Positions 1 to 9,800 of a DNA stretch of 64,000 bases are shown in pieces. Positions within the stretch are counted from its first letter, which is position 1; every line of letters begins with the position of its first letter. The notes beneath the pieces were generated by a model that was given only the letters and a program-made list of their open reading frames with translations, was not told where the DNA came from and did not search any database. The DNA comes from Histomonas meleagridis 2922-C6/04-290x (taxonomy: Eukaryota; Protista; Parabasalia), in NCBI GenBank assembly GCA_020184695.1, contig JAANOX010000192.1, forward strand, positions 1-64,000, read 5' to 3'. The translations under genes and the position numbers were made by a program.

Positions 1-574
1 TTTCCTTAGATATATTTATATATTTAAGGCTTATACATGATAAAAATGCATTGCTTCCAATCGATAACATATTATCTCCAATATAAACTGTTTCTAATTT
101 AGAGCAACCAGAAAATGCACTATTTTGGATGACATTCATTGAATTTGGTAATAAAATAGTTTGTAAATATGAACATCCAACGATAGTTCTATCAATCGTT
201 CTAAGAGAATTTCCAAAATTAATAGATGTTAATTTGACGCAACCATAAAAAGCAAAAGTATCACTTAAAGTAACATTATTTACTACGCTAATAGTCTCTA
301 ATTCGACACATTGGTAAAAAGAACGAGTTCCTACTGTTTCAACATAGCCTAAAATTTCGACAGTATTTAATTTTGGCCATTCAGAAAATGAATTAGATGG
401 AATTGTTGTAACATTTCCACCAATGAAAACATGAATTGATTTATTTCTAAATTGAGAATCAAATTCATTCGGATTAGTGATTTCAAGTGTTCCTGAAAAA
501 GCCTCATATGAAGTAATAAAAAGAGATACTATTTGAAAATGTCTAATGCTTTGACATAATAACAAGGAAACCAT
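1..574 (-). CDS. BspA-like (TpLRR) leucine-rich-repeat surface protein, 5' part; runs off the window start
   Basis: Not in the ORF track. Manual translation from ATG at 574 is open to base 1: MVSLLLCQS...VTTIPSNSFSEWPKLNTVEI...FAFYGCVKLTSINF...IQNSAFSGCSKLETVYIGDNMLSIGSNAFLSCISLKYINI, with repeated AFxxCxxL TpLRR units and a hydrophobic N-terminus. Confidence 0.85.
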   Translation of the reverse strand, partial: MVSLLLCQSIRHFQIVSLFITSYEAFSGTLEITNPNEFDSQFRNKSIHVFIGGNVTTIPSNSFSEWPKLNTVEILGYVETVGTRSFYQCVELETISVVNNVTLSDTFAFYGCVKLTSINFGNSLRTIDRTIVGCSYLQTILLPNSMNVIQNSAFSGCSKLETVYIGDNMLSIGSNAFLSCISLKYINISKE

Positions 575-585
575 CACTTTAATAA

Positions 586-588
<3 letters not shown>

Positions 589-640
<52 letters not shown>
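589..640. repeat. (AT)n microsatellite
   Basis: Perfect AT dinucleotide run of 52 nt. Confidence 0.97.
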
Positions 641-643
<3 letters not shown>

Positions 644-1194
644 TTTACATTAATTGTACATTGATTAATTTGTCTGCCAACAATCGTTACTACTGTGTAA
701 ATATTATTTATTATTGATTTAATCTCTCCAAGTTGTATACATTATTCTGTTATTGAAAATTAACCATATATGTATATATATACATTTAGTGGAAATAATA
801 ACCGGACCTATTGATAACTTTAATATTAAAATTTGTACAGTCATTAAATGAATATATTGGTGCAAAAAAAAGTAGTTCCTATTCCCATCATTAGTCCTAA
901 GAGTAACTGTTTCATATTCATACAAAAACATTTTAAAAATATGCAATATTAAAACCGAACATATGTTCAATTGAGTTTGATGCAATATTAAACTTTAATG
1001 AAGTCGAATCACTCAATTCGATTTCTATGCTTTTTTTCAGAGGTTTATTTCCACAATTATTGATTACTTTTTGAATCTATTTTGATCCCGTCGAATATAA
1101 AGGTTTGAAAAATTTCCTCCTACATCATTGAAAACTCCAATCGTTTTTTGGCGGACAAATAACCGCCATAAATTTTGTTTAACGGTTACACCAA

Positions 1195-2160
1195 ATGGAT
1201 GGAAATCAAAAAATAGATCGATTTGGTTGGTACTCAAGCAATTCTGATCAATATGTAATTCCAGATGAACCAGAAAAGGAATATACACGTGAGATAAAAT
1301 GGATTCAAATGATTTCAAATTGGGAATTATGGATTAAAAATAATCAAAGCGTTATCTCCCGTAGAATCAAGAAAGGGATTCCAGATGCTGTTCGAAGTAA
1401 AGTCTGGGAATTATTAACAGAGGCAAATATTACAAAGCAAAAATTCCAAAATTCATATGAACATTACTTAAAGCTCCCACCACGTGAAGATTACGAAAGA
1501 ATAGAAAGGGATCTCAATCGTACGTTTCCACAGATATCATTTTTTTCAAAACCAGATTTTATTCAAGCACTTCAAAATAATTTGCGAGCATATTGTCAAT
1601 TTTCACCAGATGTAGGTTATTCCCAAGGCATGGCATTTCTCGATGCCATGTTTTTAATGTATTTTGATGAAGAAACATCCTTTTGGGCCTTCAATAATGT
1701 CATGATTGGAAAACGAACCAATCATATCGGCTTTTTCCAAAAAGGAGCTCCTCGTTTAATTGCTTCCACCCACATCTTTGAAGACCTTGTTCGTGAAGAC
1801 TTTCCCTCAGTTATGTCAAATTTTGAAAATCGCAATATCAAATTCCACTTTTTCTGCACGAAATGGTTTCTTCCAGCTTTTTTATCCATGGAGTGGCCAT
1901 CTGAAATGCAGCTCCGCATCTACGACATGTTTCTTTACTACGGACTTCGTTTTCTTTTGTCTTTTGGACTTGTGATAATAAAAGTCCACAAAAGCGAACT
2001 AAAGAAAATGTCGATGGAGGAGCTTCTCCCGTTGCTTCAAAACCCGGACAAGTCGGAGAAGATGGCGGACTGGCCGTCGATATTCTCTAAGCAACTTCCG
2101 AAGGTATTTATACCGAAGAAAAGATACAAAAAATTCTTGAAAAAATATAAAATTCAATGA
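1195..2160 (+). CDS. TBC-domain Rab GTPase-activating protein
   Basis: IERDLNRTFP (R finger) and YSQGM (Q finger) motifs, plus GIPDAVRSKVWELL. Confidence 0.92.
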   Translation: MDGNQKIDRFGWYSSNSDQYVIPDEPEKEYTREIKWIQMISNWELWIKNNQSVISRRIKKGIPDAVRSKVWELLTEANITKQKFQNSYEHYLKLPPREDYERIERDLNRTFPQISFFSKPDFIQALQNNLRAYCQFSPDVGYSQGMAFLDAMFLMYFDEETSFWAFNNVMIGKRTNHIGFFQKGAPRLIASTHIFEDLVREDFPSVMSNFENRNIKFHFFCTKWFLPAFLSMEWPSEMQLRIYDMFLYYGLRFLLSFGLVIIKVHKSELKKMSMEELLPLLQNPDKSEKMADWPSIFSKQLPKVFIPKKRYKKFLKKYKIQ

Positions 2161-2353
2161 AAATGTAAAAAAAAAAGAAAAATTTGTTTGAATAAAACTG
2201 TGTATAAGCGAATTTTTAATGATCATTAAAAGTATTATAGGTAATGTTCTTTATGTTGTTGATTCATACATAAGAAGATAAATTTCGTTTGCGTTACAGT
2301 GCTTTATGACTTATGCGAAGTTTATTTATTAATAAAAATTAGATAACAACTCG

Positions 2354-2355
<2 letters not shown>

Positions 2356-2416
<61 letters not shown>
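2356..2416. repeat. (AT)n microsatellite
   Basis: Perfect AT run. Confidence 0.95.
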
Positions 2417-2419
<3 letters not shown>

Positions 2420-2503
2420 GGAGTGAAAAATTGTCTACCTTGATATCAAGGATGTCTTTCATAGAAGCTTTTTTCAACCTATAAAAAAAGCATGTATATA
2501 CTA

Positions 2504-2504
<1 letters not shown>

Positions 2505-2543
<39 letters not shown>
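2505..2543. repeat. (TA)n microsatellite
   Basis: Perfect TA run. Confidence 0.95.
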
Positions 2544-2546
<3 letters not shown>

Positions 2547-3042
2547 TAAATATGAAATAATAACTTTGTATTTCACTCACAATGACTTTTTAAAGAGTCT
2601 TTTGTTTAAAACATATGTTTTAAACAACTTCCAATTTGATTCTATTTATAAAAGTTAAAATCTCCTTCATTTTAGGCAAAAAATGCCTTCTAGTGCAAGG
2701 ATCATTATATATTTCCCCAAGCAATTCTTCGTAGTTGTATGAAAGTAGACAGTTTTTCACGGTGTCTTTATATATAAGTTCGAATTCATATGAATTAACA
2801 TTAAAAATGTTCATCGAATTTTTTCAAAATACTGCACAAAAAACAAGATGGTTCTTTTTTGCTTCCTTTTAATTATTAGAAGGAATTTCTGAAAATTGAT
2901 CAGATATATAACTCAAAATACACAAGTCGAAATTGAATAAAAAGATATGCCTAAACCCATCATTCAAATTTATCGACTTATTATATGCTTCAAGCAAAAA
3001 TTAATAATTAAAAAATCAAAAGCAATTTTTCAAAATAAAAGT

Positions 3043-3636
3043 TTAATGCTTTCCACAAGCGATAGCTCCAGCACAAATCAATACAATTAATGGCAAAATA
3101 ACAAATGGTATAAAGATTGGTGCATGGAAACAATAGAACACAATCCGATATGTTTTTGTTCTTTTGCATTCATTAGTCAAATATTCATCTAAAGCAGGTA
3201 AAAGCTGAGTTGAATTGGTTATACCATTTTTTCGCCTGAAAGAAAGTGAAGGAAAATAATTATAATAATATATTGCATTGTTTTTTTGAACAAAAGTGGC
3301 ACCATTACAAGATGTTAAATCAGCAAGCAGTATTGTCGTGAGAACAAAATGAACAACGCCAGCAATAAAGAACACCACATAAAATCCAATTGCAGCTCCC
3401 ATAACCCCGCATGCAAGAAATAAAACAACAGTTACATTCGTAACAATGCATATTGTGTCTGTTGCAATAATACCTTTGCTATATTTACTATTATCATTTG
3501 TAATCAATTTATAATAATCATCTCGTTTTATTTCCTGAGTTTCAACATAATATTGTCCTAAGTATCCGACCATAGTTATGATCGTAAGAATCGCTCCTGG
3601 GATTGCATAGCATTGCGCGTCGCTAGAAGACCCCAT
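3043..3636 (-). CDS. Small four-TM membrane protein with tetraspanin-like topology
   Basis: 197-aa ORF with four hydrophobic segments and a Cys-containing loop between TM3 and TM4. No CCG motif, so the family is uncertain. Confidence 0.6.
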   Translation of the reverse strand: MGSSSDAQCYAIPGAILTIITMVGYLGQYYVETQEIKRDDYYKLITNDNSKYSKGIIATDTICIVTNVTVVLFLACGVMGAAIGFYVVFFIAGVVHFVLTTILLADLTSCNGATFVQKNNAIYYYNYFPSLSFRRKNGITNSTQLLPALDEYLTNECKRTKTYRIVFYCFHAPIFIPFVILPLIVLICAGAIACGKH

Positions 3637-3933
3637 TTTTCCTGGGAATTCAATAGATATAACCGTTACGCCATGGCGTGATTGAAAATTTCTATCGAAA
3701 AGGGTTAATTCAGTTCAAATATTGGAACACCCTTTTGACGAAACTTTTTGTATAGCTTTGTAAACAATTCAATTAGCGTTTTTCCCCGCTTTAACGTATT
3801 AAAGGAACTCCCAATTTTTGAAAGAATTTGATCATATCGGTTTTTTGTTTGCTTTTTGATCGTCAGGGAAAAACGATAATTTCATGAAGAAGTTCTTCAG
3901 CAAATATTTATTATAAAATTAATTTATTATTTT

Positions 3934-6471
3934 CTATTTTTTATTTTGCATTGCTTCATTTACAGCGTTCATTACTTTTTCAACAATTTCTTTGTTTGTT
4001 ATTAATATGTCTAATTCTCTTTCAAGAGAATTTGGAATACATTCAATTGCATTACTTTCGACTAAAGCCTCAACAATTGGAATATTTTCAATTTTATCAA
4101 ATGTCCCATTTTCATTAGCGAAATTAAAAATTATTGATGCAAGTAATTTTCCATTTTCGTCATCATTTCTTTCATTACTAGTCAACACATAAGCGCACAA
4201 AGCCAACAAATTATCTTTCTTTTTGATTAAGTTTTCTATCAATTCATCTGTACTCAAAACCCTATCGTCTTCTTCATCGTCGCAAGACACTTTTTGTAAC
4301 TCAAACAATTTGAACTTTTTGTCAATTTCTTTTTGTAATTCATTTTCATCGATAACATAACAACAAATCAAAGCTATTGAGCAAAAAGTCGAAGCCTGAT
4401 CAAGTGTAAATGAGTTATTTTCGATTCCTTCCAATACGGCATTCCATAACAAAGAAATTGCTCTCTTAATTTCAACAGGTTCATCTGATATAGCGTTAAA
4501 AGCTTGAATTAACAAATCGTATTTATCACTAATGAAATCCGAAACTATTTTATGAGTTTTTTGCGAAGAACCAATTTCAATAATATCAGCAACATAATTC
4601 TCATTATATAAACATAACAATATATTTATGATATAATCATCTCCATTCATATCATAATATTCATCGACTTTCTTATAATCGTTTGTAATATGTATATACT
4701 TCGCTAACACTTCATAGATATTATATTTAACTCCAATAACTTCGCATTCATTTGGTAAATATTCGACAAGTTTTAATATGTTTTGGATATGTTCTTCATT
4801 TACTTTAAGTTTTAATGATATTTCACATACTTTTAAGTATTGTTCATGTGGAATCTTATCGGGGTGTTGTAATGATGTGTCAATGATTTCATTAAGTTCG
4901 GGTAATATTAATACTTTCGATGGATATAAATATTGATTCGAATCATAATGTTCAAAACAAATTTGGATTAATGTAATTATTATTTCAAGAGATGAAAAGT
5001 TTTCATGCTCAAAATCTAATTTAACATTAAATAAAAATGAGTTAAGATCATTCTCAGTATTAAACTCAAAGATTTCGCTTTTGTCTTCAAATTGTTTCTT
5101 GAGTTCTCTAAGACATAAATAATTATATGCATTAATTTCAAAGTTATCGATAAGTTCGGGTGAATATAATGTATACATTTGAACAAGAAGTAAATGATCA
5201 TTAAGTGAATCTTCAGTAAAACTCATTAATAAATCATGGTCAAATATTGAAAATGATTCATCTGTAGGATTGGATTCACTTAATATTAAAAATGATTTAT
5301 TACTCTTAAGTTTCTTGAAATAATGAAACGCTTTAGAAATAAGTCGAATTTGTTCTGGTAATAAATGTAACATTTCTTGTGGTGAGAGGACGTTAAGTTC
5401 ATAATAACCGCTTTTGGCACAGCAAACCGAAACAGACCTCTGTGAAAAAGTGGAGGCTGTCATGATGTAGTCATCAAATGAATTAGATACATTAAGACAA
5501 AGAGATTGGACCTTTTCAGTAAAGACAAATACAAGCATTGTATACTTTTCACAAATACAACAGGTGTCTGAATCAACTCCAACTAAAAAGAGATTTGGTG
5601 AATCTGATGTGACTTTTCGTGTGGAAGTAACTGTAGGAGAAGTAATAACATCAGAAATACGAAGTAAAATTAAAAGAGATGAATCTGCTTTTGTAAGAAT
5701 ATAAGTTGTCGTTTGATAAGTGGAAATTGAAATTGGTGAGCCAGATGGAATTGAAACAGAGTTAACATATTCAAGTGTTTCAAGTGAAAAAACAGAAAGG
5801 CGATTCTTGGATACAGAATAAATGTAGTTTTGATCAGAAATGAAAATTTTGGAATCTGATAATCGAGGTTGACGAAATGGATTCACATATAAAAGAGGAT
5901 TAAACTTTTGAACTTCAAGCTCTTGAGAAGATATTTTAAGAAAAGTAGTGCTATTATTTTCTGAGATTATTGCAAAAGTGTCATCTGAAATTGAACCCAT
6001 GCATCTTATTGGTGATTCATTGGGAATATTAAATGCTTCAGGTTCTTCACAATTTGGAACTAAAAAAAGAGAGCCATTTGTAACTTCAAATAAAAGGGAG
6101 ATATTGGAATTTGAAGTTGAAAATGCTGCTTTTCCATTTGGAACAAAGCCAATATTTGGTAGGGCATATAAGCTTTCTTTGAGTGGGAACCAAAACTGTA
6201 TTCCTGTTGAGGAAAATAAAGCAAAAATTAATGAATTTTCATCATAACCTTTAAACGATAAAGCCCACGTAATTTCAGTGGTGCTTCTTGACATTTGTGA
6301 TGCCATATTTAATGCATTTGGAAATTGAATTTGATTCACAATTGTGCAAATAGAATCTTTTTGATTAAAATGAAGAGAATAAAGTGAACCTGTTTTTTGT
6401 GATCTTCCACCTACTTTTATTTCGTCATTAGGAAGAAATGAATAAGGATCTGTGCTCTTCGAAATGAACAT
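3934..6471 (-). CDS. Hypothetical protein, beta-rich N-half and helical C-half (possibly nucleoporin/coat-like)
   Basis: 845-aa open ORF. The architecture is guessed from sequence pattern only. Confidence 0.7.
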   Translation of the reverse strand: MFISKSTDPYSFLPNDEIKVGGRSQKTGSLYSLHFNQKDSICTIVNQIQFPNALNMASQMSRSTTEITWALSFKGYDENSLIFALFSSTGIQFWFPLKESLYALPNIGFVPNGKAAFSTSNSNISLLFEVTNGSLFLVPNCEEPEAFNIPNESPIRCMGSISDDTFAIISENNSTTFLKISSQELEVQKFNPLLYVNPFRQPRLSDSKIFISDQNYIYSVSKNRLSVFSLETLEYVNSVSIPSGSPISISTYQTTTYILTKADSSLLILLRISDVITSPTVTSTRKVTSDSPNLFLVGVDSDTCCICEKYTMLVFVFTEKVQSLCLNVSNSFDDYIMTASTFSQRSVSVCCAKSGYYELNVLSPQEMLHLLPEQIRLISKAFHYFKKLKSNKSFLILSESNPTDESFSIFDHDLLMSFTEDSLNDHLLLVQMYTLYSPELIDNFEINAYNYLCLRELKKQFEDKSEIFEFNTENDLNSFLFNVKLDFEHENFSSLEIIITLIQICFEHYDSNQYLYPSKVLILPELNEIIDTSLQHPDKIPHEQYLKVCEISLKLKVNEEHIQNILKLVEYLPNECEVIGVKYNIYEVLAKYIHITNDYKKVDEYYDMNGDDYIINILLCLYNENYVADIIEIGSSQKTHKIVSDFISDKYDLLIQAFNAISDEPVEIKRAISLLWNAVLEGIENNSFTLDQASTFCSIALICCYVIDENELQKEIDKKFKLFELQKVSCDDEEDDRVLSTDELIENLIKKKDNLLALCAYVLTSNERNDDENGKLLASIIFNFANENGTFDKIENIPIVEALVESNAIECIPNSLERELDILITNKEIVEKVMNAVNEAMQNKK

Positions 6472-6853
6472 GGAAGAACCTATGAAATGTTATGTGAAAA
6501 TGCCTCCAAATAAACGTCTTCGTGCAAAGTTAGAACTTCAAAACCTTCTTATTGTAACAAAATAAATTTATATTTACATAATAAATAAAATATCATAAAA
6601 ATGATATTAAAATTAAATGAGTTCAGTTATTTTACTAGGTATATATGACAAAAAAAAATTAATGCAATTCCAATTTTATTTATTATAATATTAAACAATT
6701 TGGTTTCATTTTTATTTGAAAACGTCTTCAATTTTGATTTCTTATAAAATTTTGAGTTCAAATCTATTTAATCATGAAAAAAAGCAGATCAAATAGGGTG
6801 ATGAAGGAAGTAAAATACTCAAAAAGTGCCTAAACCTACAACCAGCCAGTATT

Positions 6854-9800
6854 ATGGCTGAAATCAAATTTCCAAACGAAGAGGATTTCAGCCATGAACA
6901 AAATGATGAGCTGGTTGTAAAAATAAAGGACTTAAGATCACGAGTTTTGGATTCCTTATTAAAAATACCTTTTTCAGATTATAGCAAATCTATGATTTTA
7001 TTCTTAGAAAAGAAGTTACCAAACATTTGGAAGACAATAATACAAATAGAACGTCCTCCTAGATCCATTATGAATGAAATACAATCAATTTGCCAGCTTA
7101 TCACCAAATTAGCTATTCATACAAATTTAAATCCATATTTAATTGAAGGTTTTATTAAAACTTATGGGCCTGGATTTTCAGGCAACGAATTCCTTGAAAT
7201 TGTTAATGTTTCTGATTCAGAAAAAGAAGAATTATTAAAATTCGATGATAATGAACAAATACTTAGGCAAAAAAAATTTCCTGGAACTTCAGCTATCAGA
7301 TCTCTTACACAGAACATAATAAAATCCGGTATATTTACAAAAGCGGATGATATGTTTATATCACATGAATTAACCACACAGCAACTTATCAAGCTTAATT
7401 CCCTTTTTGACACCATTGCTTTTGTTTTAAATCCCAAATATGTATCCATAATTTTTCCGAGATTAGTTGATTATACATTAACTTCATTAAAGAAAGGATA
7501 TTCTCCAGAACTTGATCCACTCTGTACTTTTATTTCTTCTCATGGGATTTTTCTTAATACAGATCAAATTAATCAATCAATAAAATATTTTTGTATTGCA
7601 CTTAATCATCCTCAATCAACCCAAGAATCGCAAATAACAATAATATCATCATTTTCTCGACTTTTGCCTTTTATTAATACCATTGAAGATGAGAATTTAC
7701 TTAAAACAGCGTTAATGAAACAAGCATCAATACAAACCCAAAGTGAACCGTTAAATCGGCTTTCAAATTCTATCGTTACTTTAACATCAAAATTGCACTT
7801 TTCGAATAAAGATTTGATTTCAATTTTCACAGAAACGAATTTTTCAAGCAGTCAAAAAATTGAATGCGTTACAAAGGCCATTGAATCTATTGATCAACCA
7901 TTAGATCTCGATGAATTAGCTAATGTCATATTACAACGTCAAGACGTTTCACTACGCTTTTATTTTGATTTAATTACACGTGTAAAAGATCCTCAAATTT
8001 CACATCAACTTCTTGACACGGTATTAAATTTTACAGGAGATTCAAGTAATTTAAGTTGTTTAAATGGAGCAAAAGATAGTGAACAATTAACTAATTATGT
8101 CCATGAAATCCTTCAAGGGGATGATTTAATGAAAATATATTGTTTAGGGAAAATCTTTTATTCTATTCCATATTTGAACACAACTAATGAGTATTTAATG
8201 CGTATAATTGAGTTATCTAAAGAACATAATGAGTTAATTCAAGAACTTTTAGAGTTTTCTAATATTCTTGATAATTTTGATTCGATGCCTATTATTATGA
8301 TGTTATTTGAATGTATATTACAACAAGATCCTCAAGATGATTATGTTAATCAACTTTATTTTATATTATCTGAATGGATCGAAAAGAAGTCTGTGATACC
8401 ATCTGAACAAATATTAACAAAATTACTAGAAATCGATTATAAAAATTGTTCTAATTCATTACCATTATTTCTTAATACTTTTTTATTAAGATGTGATGAT
8501 TCATTATATAAACATATTTGTAATGTGTTATTTAAAATATTGAGTGATACAATACCTAAAAAACATTCGAATTGGTTTGTTAACACGATATTTTATTATA
8601 TTCATGATAATACTCAAATGATGAAAAAGTTTGAAACTGAATTAATTAATTATTTAAAAGATTCTGATAAAATTGATAATCTGATTTATATATTATATAA
8701 TGCCGCAATATATGAAGCAGATTTTTATAATATTAAGTCGACTTTTGGTTATATACAAAATTTTAAATTAATAATAAACGAAGTAAAATCCGAAAATTTT
8801 AAACTTTCATTTCATCCATTTCATTCTACACGACGTTTATATTATGCTATCTCTAAACATTTAGGCCGTAAACTCAACACTTTTAATATAGTAGTAACAG
8901 AAGGTACACAAGAAAAGTTATTACAATATTATATGCCATTACCATCGATATTATTTAATCCCATCAAAGTAATTACTTTAAATATTAATGAATTGGAAGA
9001 ACCTCCGCCACATTCAGAAGAAGAAGAAATATTTCCGACGTTTTTAACATTAATATCTAAGAAAGTTTCAATTTTATTCCATTATTTAACAGATATAAAT
9101 GAAACAACAGAAATATTATTTATGATTTTAACATTGTTTCAACCAATTAAACTTAATGCACAATATCCATTACAAAATATATTAATTGGAAATTGTACAT
9201 CTGTTTTAGAGTATGGAGATTCGATTCGTATATTTCCATTTGCTATGTTTTCATATGCATTTACTAACATTAAAAGTCAACCAATTTCAGAAGAAATATT
9301 TAAAGATATAATTAATATAATATCAAATCGAAGTTATGATGTAATTAGTTTATTAATAACTATTTCAACGTTTAAAACATTATTTTCAACATATGAATTC
9401 GATAAAGAAATGATATTTAATTGTTTATTCCAAAACACAAATGAAATATTCCGTAATTCAATCATTCCATATATCTCTAAAACGAATGTTAATATTAATT
9501 CATTTATATCATTAATTGAATTAACAACTAAAAAAGAATTTCGAGCACGAACAAAACAATTTTATATTGCAATTAAATCACTTAATATTACAAACACAGA
9601 AATCTTTATACCATTTTATAAAGATTTACAACAATTTGAGTTTTCACATTATAATGATATTGATGAAACATTTATTGGTTTAATATCATTAATCCCTAAA
9701 ACAGAAGAAACAATTAGCTTAACGATAAATCGATTATTTTCACCACCAACATGTGATAACTTAACAGTACCTTTCATACATACTGAAGAAAGTTGGAATG

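Noticed and set aside
2322-2576. 84-aa ORF with IYIYIY runs
   Set aside because: This is a translation of AT microsatellites.
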